A stretch of DNA of 64,000 nucleotides from an uncultured virus (IMG/VR IMGVR_UViG_3300042308_001786) (lineage: Duplodnaviria; Heunggongvirae; Uroviricota; Caudoviricetes): IMG/VR virus record IMGVR_UViG_3300042308_001786. One strand, written 5' to 3'. The position numbers and the translations under genes were made by a program. Below the pieces are notes generated by a model. It ran no database searches. It saw only the letters and a program-made list of their open reading frames with translations, and was not told where the DNA came from. Positions 63,573 through 64,000 of this stretch are shown piece by piece. Numbering within the stretch: the first letter of the stretch is position 1; every line of letters starts with the position of its first letter.

Positions 63573-63716
63573 TCAGCCCTTCACACGGAAGACTGCCTTA
63601 AGGCCAGTCATGATCAATTGCAGGATGTTGTTTTCTTTATAAGGAGTGCGTTCGATAATTTGATCGGCAGCAGCAACAAGAATGCCACCAACCACAAACC
63701 ATTCAATGCCGCCCAT
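63573..63716 (-). CDS. holin-like small membrane protein
   Basis: Read manually (MGGIEWFVVGGILVAAADQII..PYKENNILQL); upstream of the endolysin on the same strand. Confidence 0.55.
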   Translation of the reverse strand: MGGIEWFVVGGILVAAADQIIERTPYKENNILQLIMTGLKAVFRVKG

Positions 63717-63745
63717 GATTTCCTCCCAGGAGGGTTTCTTAAAGC

Positions 63746-63955
63746 CTAGCGCTTAATTTCTAAACTACGCACTCTTGTTTCAATGTCACTCATCTTATCC
63801 GTTAAAGCACTAAGCTTTTCCGTAATGCTTTCAATTTGCACTGCCACTTTGGCTTGTTGATTGCCAACAGTGATAAGCATGGCCCCAGTGGAAAGAAGCA
63901 TGCCAGCCGTGATAGTGGCCACAAAATTGGCCATGCCTTCTTTAAAGGAGTCCAT
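63746..63955 (-). CDS. membrane plus coiled-coil lysis-module protein
   Basis: Transmembrane segment followed by a coiled coil (ETRVRSLE). Confidence 0.55.
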   Translation of the reverse strand: MDSFKEGMANFVATITAGMLLSTGAMLITVGNQQAKVAVQIESITEKLSALTDKMSDIETRVRSLEIKR

Positions 63956-64000
63956 GGAGATTTCCTGCAATTTTTATATTAGCGAACGCGCACTACTCTC

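Overview
This is part of a tailed dsDNA cyanophage genome, probably a siphovirus of picocyanobacteria (Cyano-SP-type class I ribonucleotide reductase, glutamine-II riboswitch with a YRGV peptide, HIP1 sites). Layout: end of an AAA/RecA-like helicase, a candidate terminase small subunit and many small early genes (1-10.2 kb); a highly anomalous C/T-rich, low-complexity gene island (about 10.3-14.0 kb); nucleotide metabolism, methylase, tRNA-like and riboswitch region (14-23.5 kb); terminase large subunit, portal, a sugar-modification cluster and head genes (23.5-40.5 kb); tail, tape measure and fibres (40.5-61 kb); lysis genes (62-64 kb). Eight free-standing homing-type endonuclease genes are scattered through the window. 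The most striking feature is the island. It appears to hold real genes (a GP88-like protein and a paralog of a normal-composition gene) rewritten in a restricted sequence vocabulary depleted in AC/GT. It is bracketed by identical palindromes and preceded by a dense TGATCA/GATC array reminiscent of the P1 pac site, so it may be a terminal, first-injected segment. Other highlights: a dnaX-type -1 frameshift cassette in a head-module gene, a C5 methyltransferase split across two overlapping frames, RpaB/HLR1-like boxes at early promoters, and a shared leader hairpin on three HNH genes. All family names are from recalled motifs; no database searches were run.
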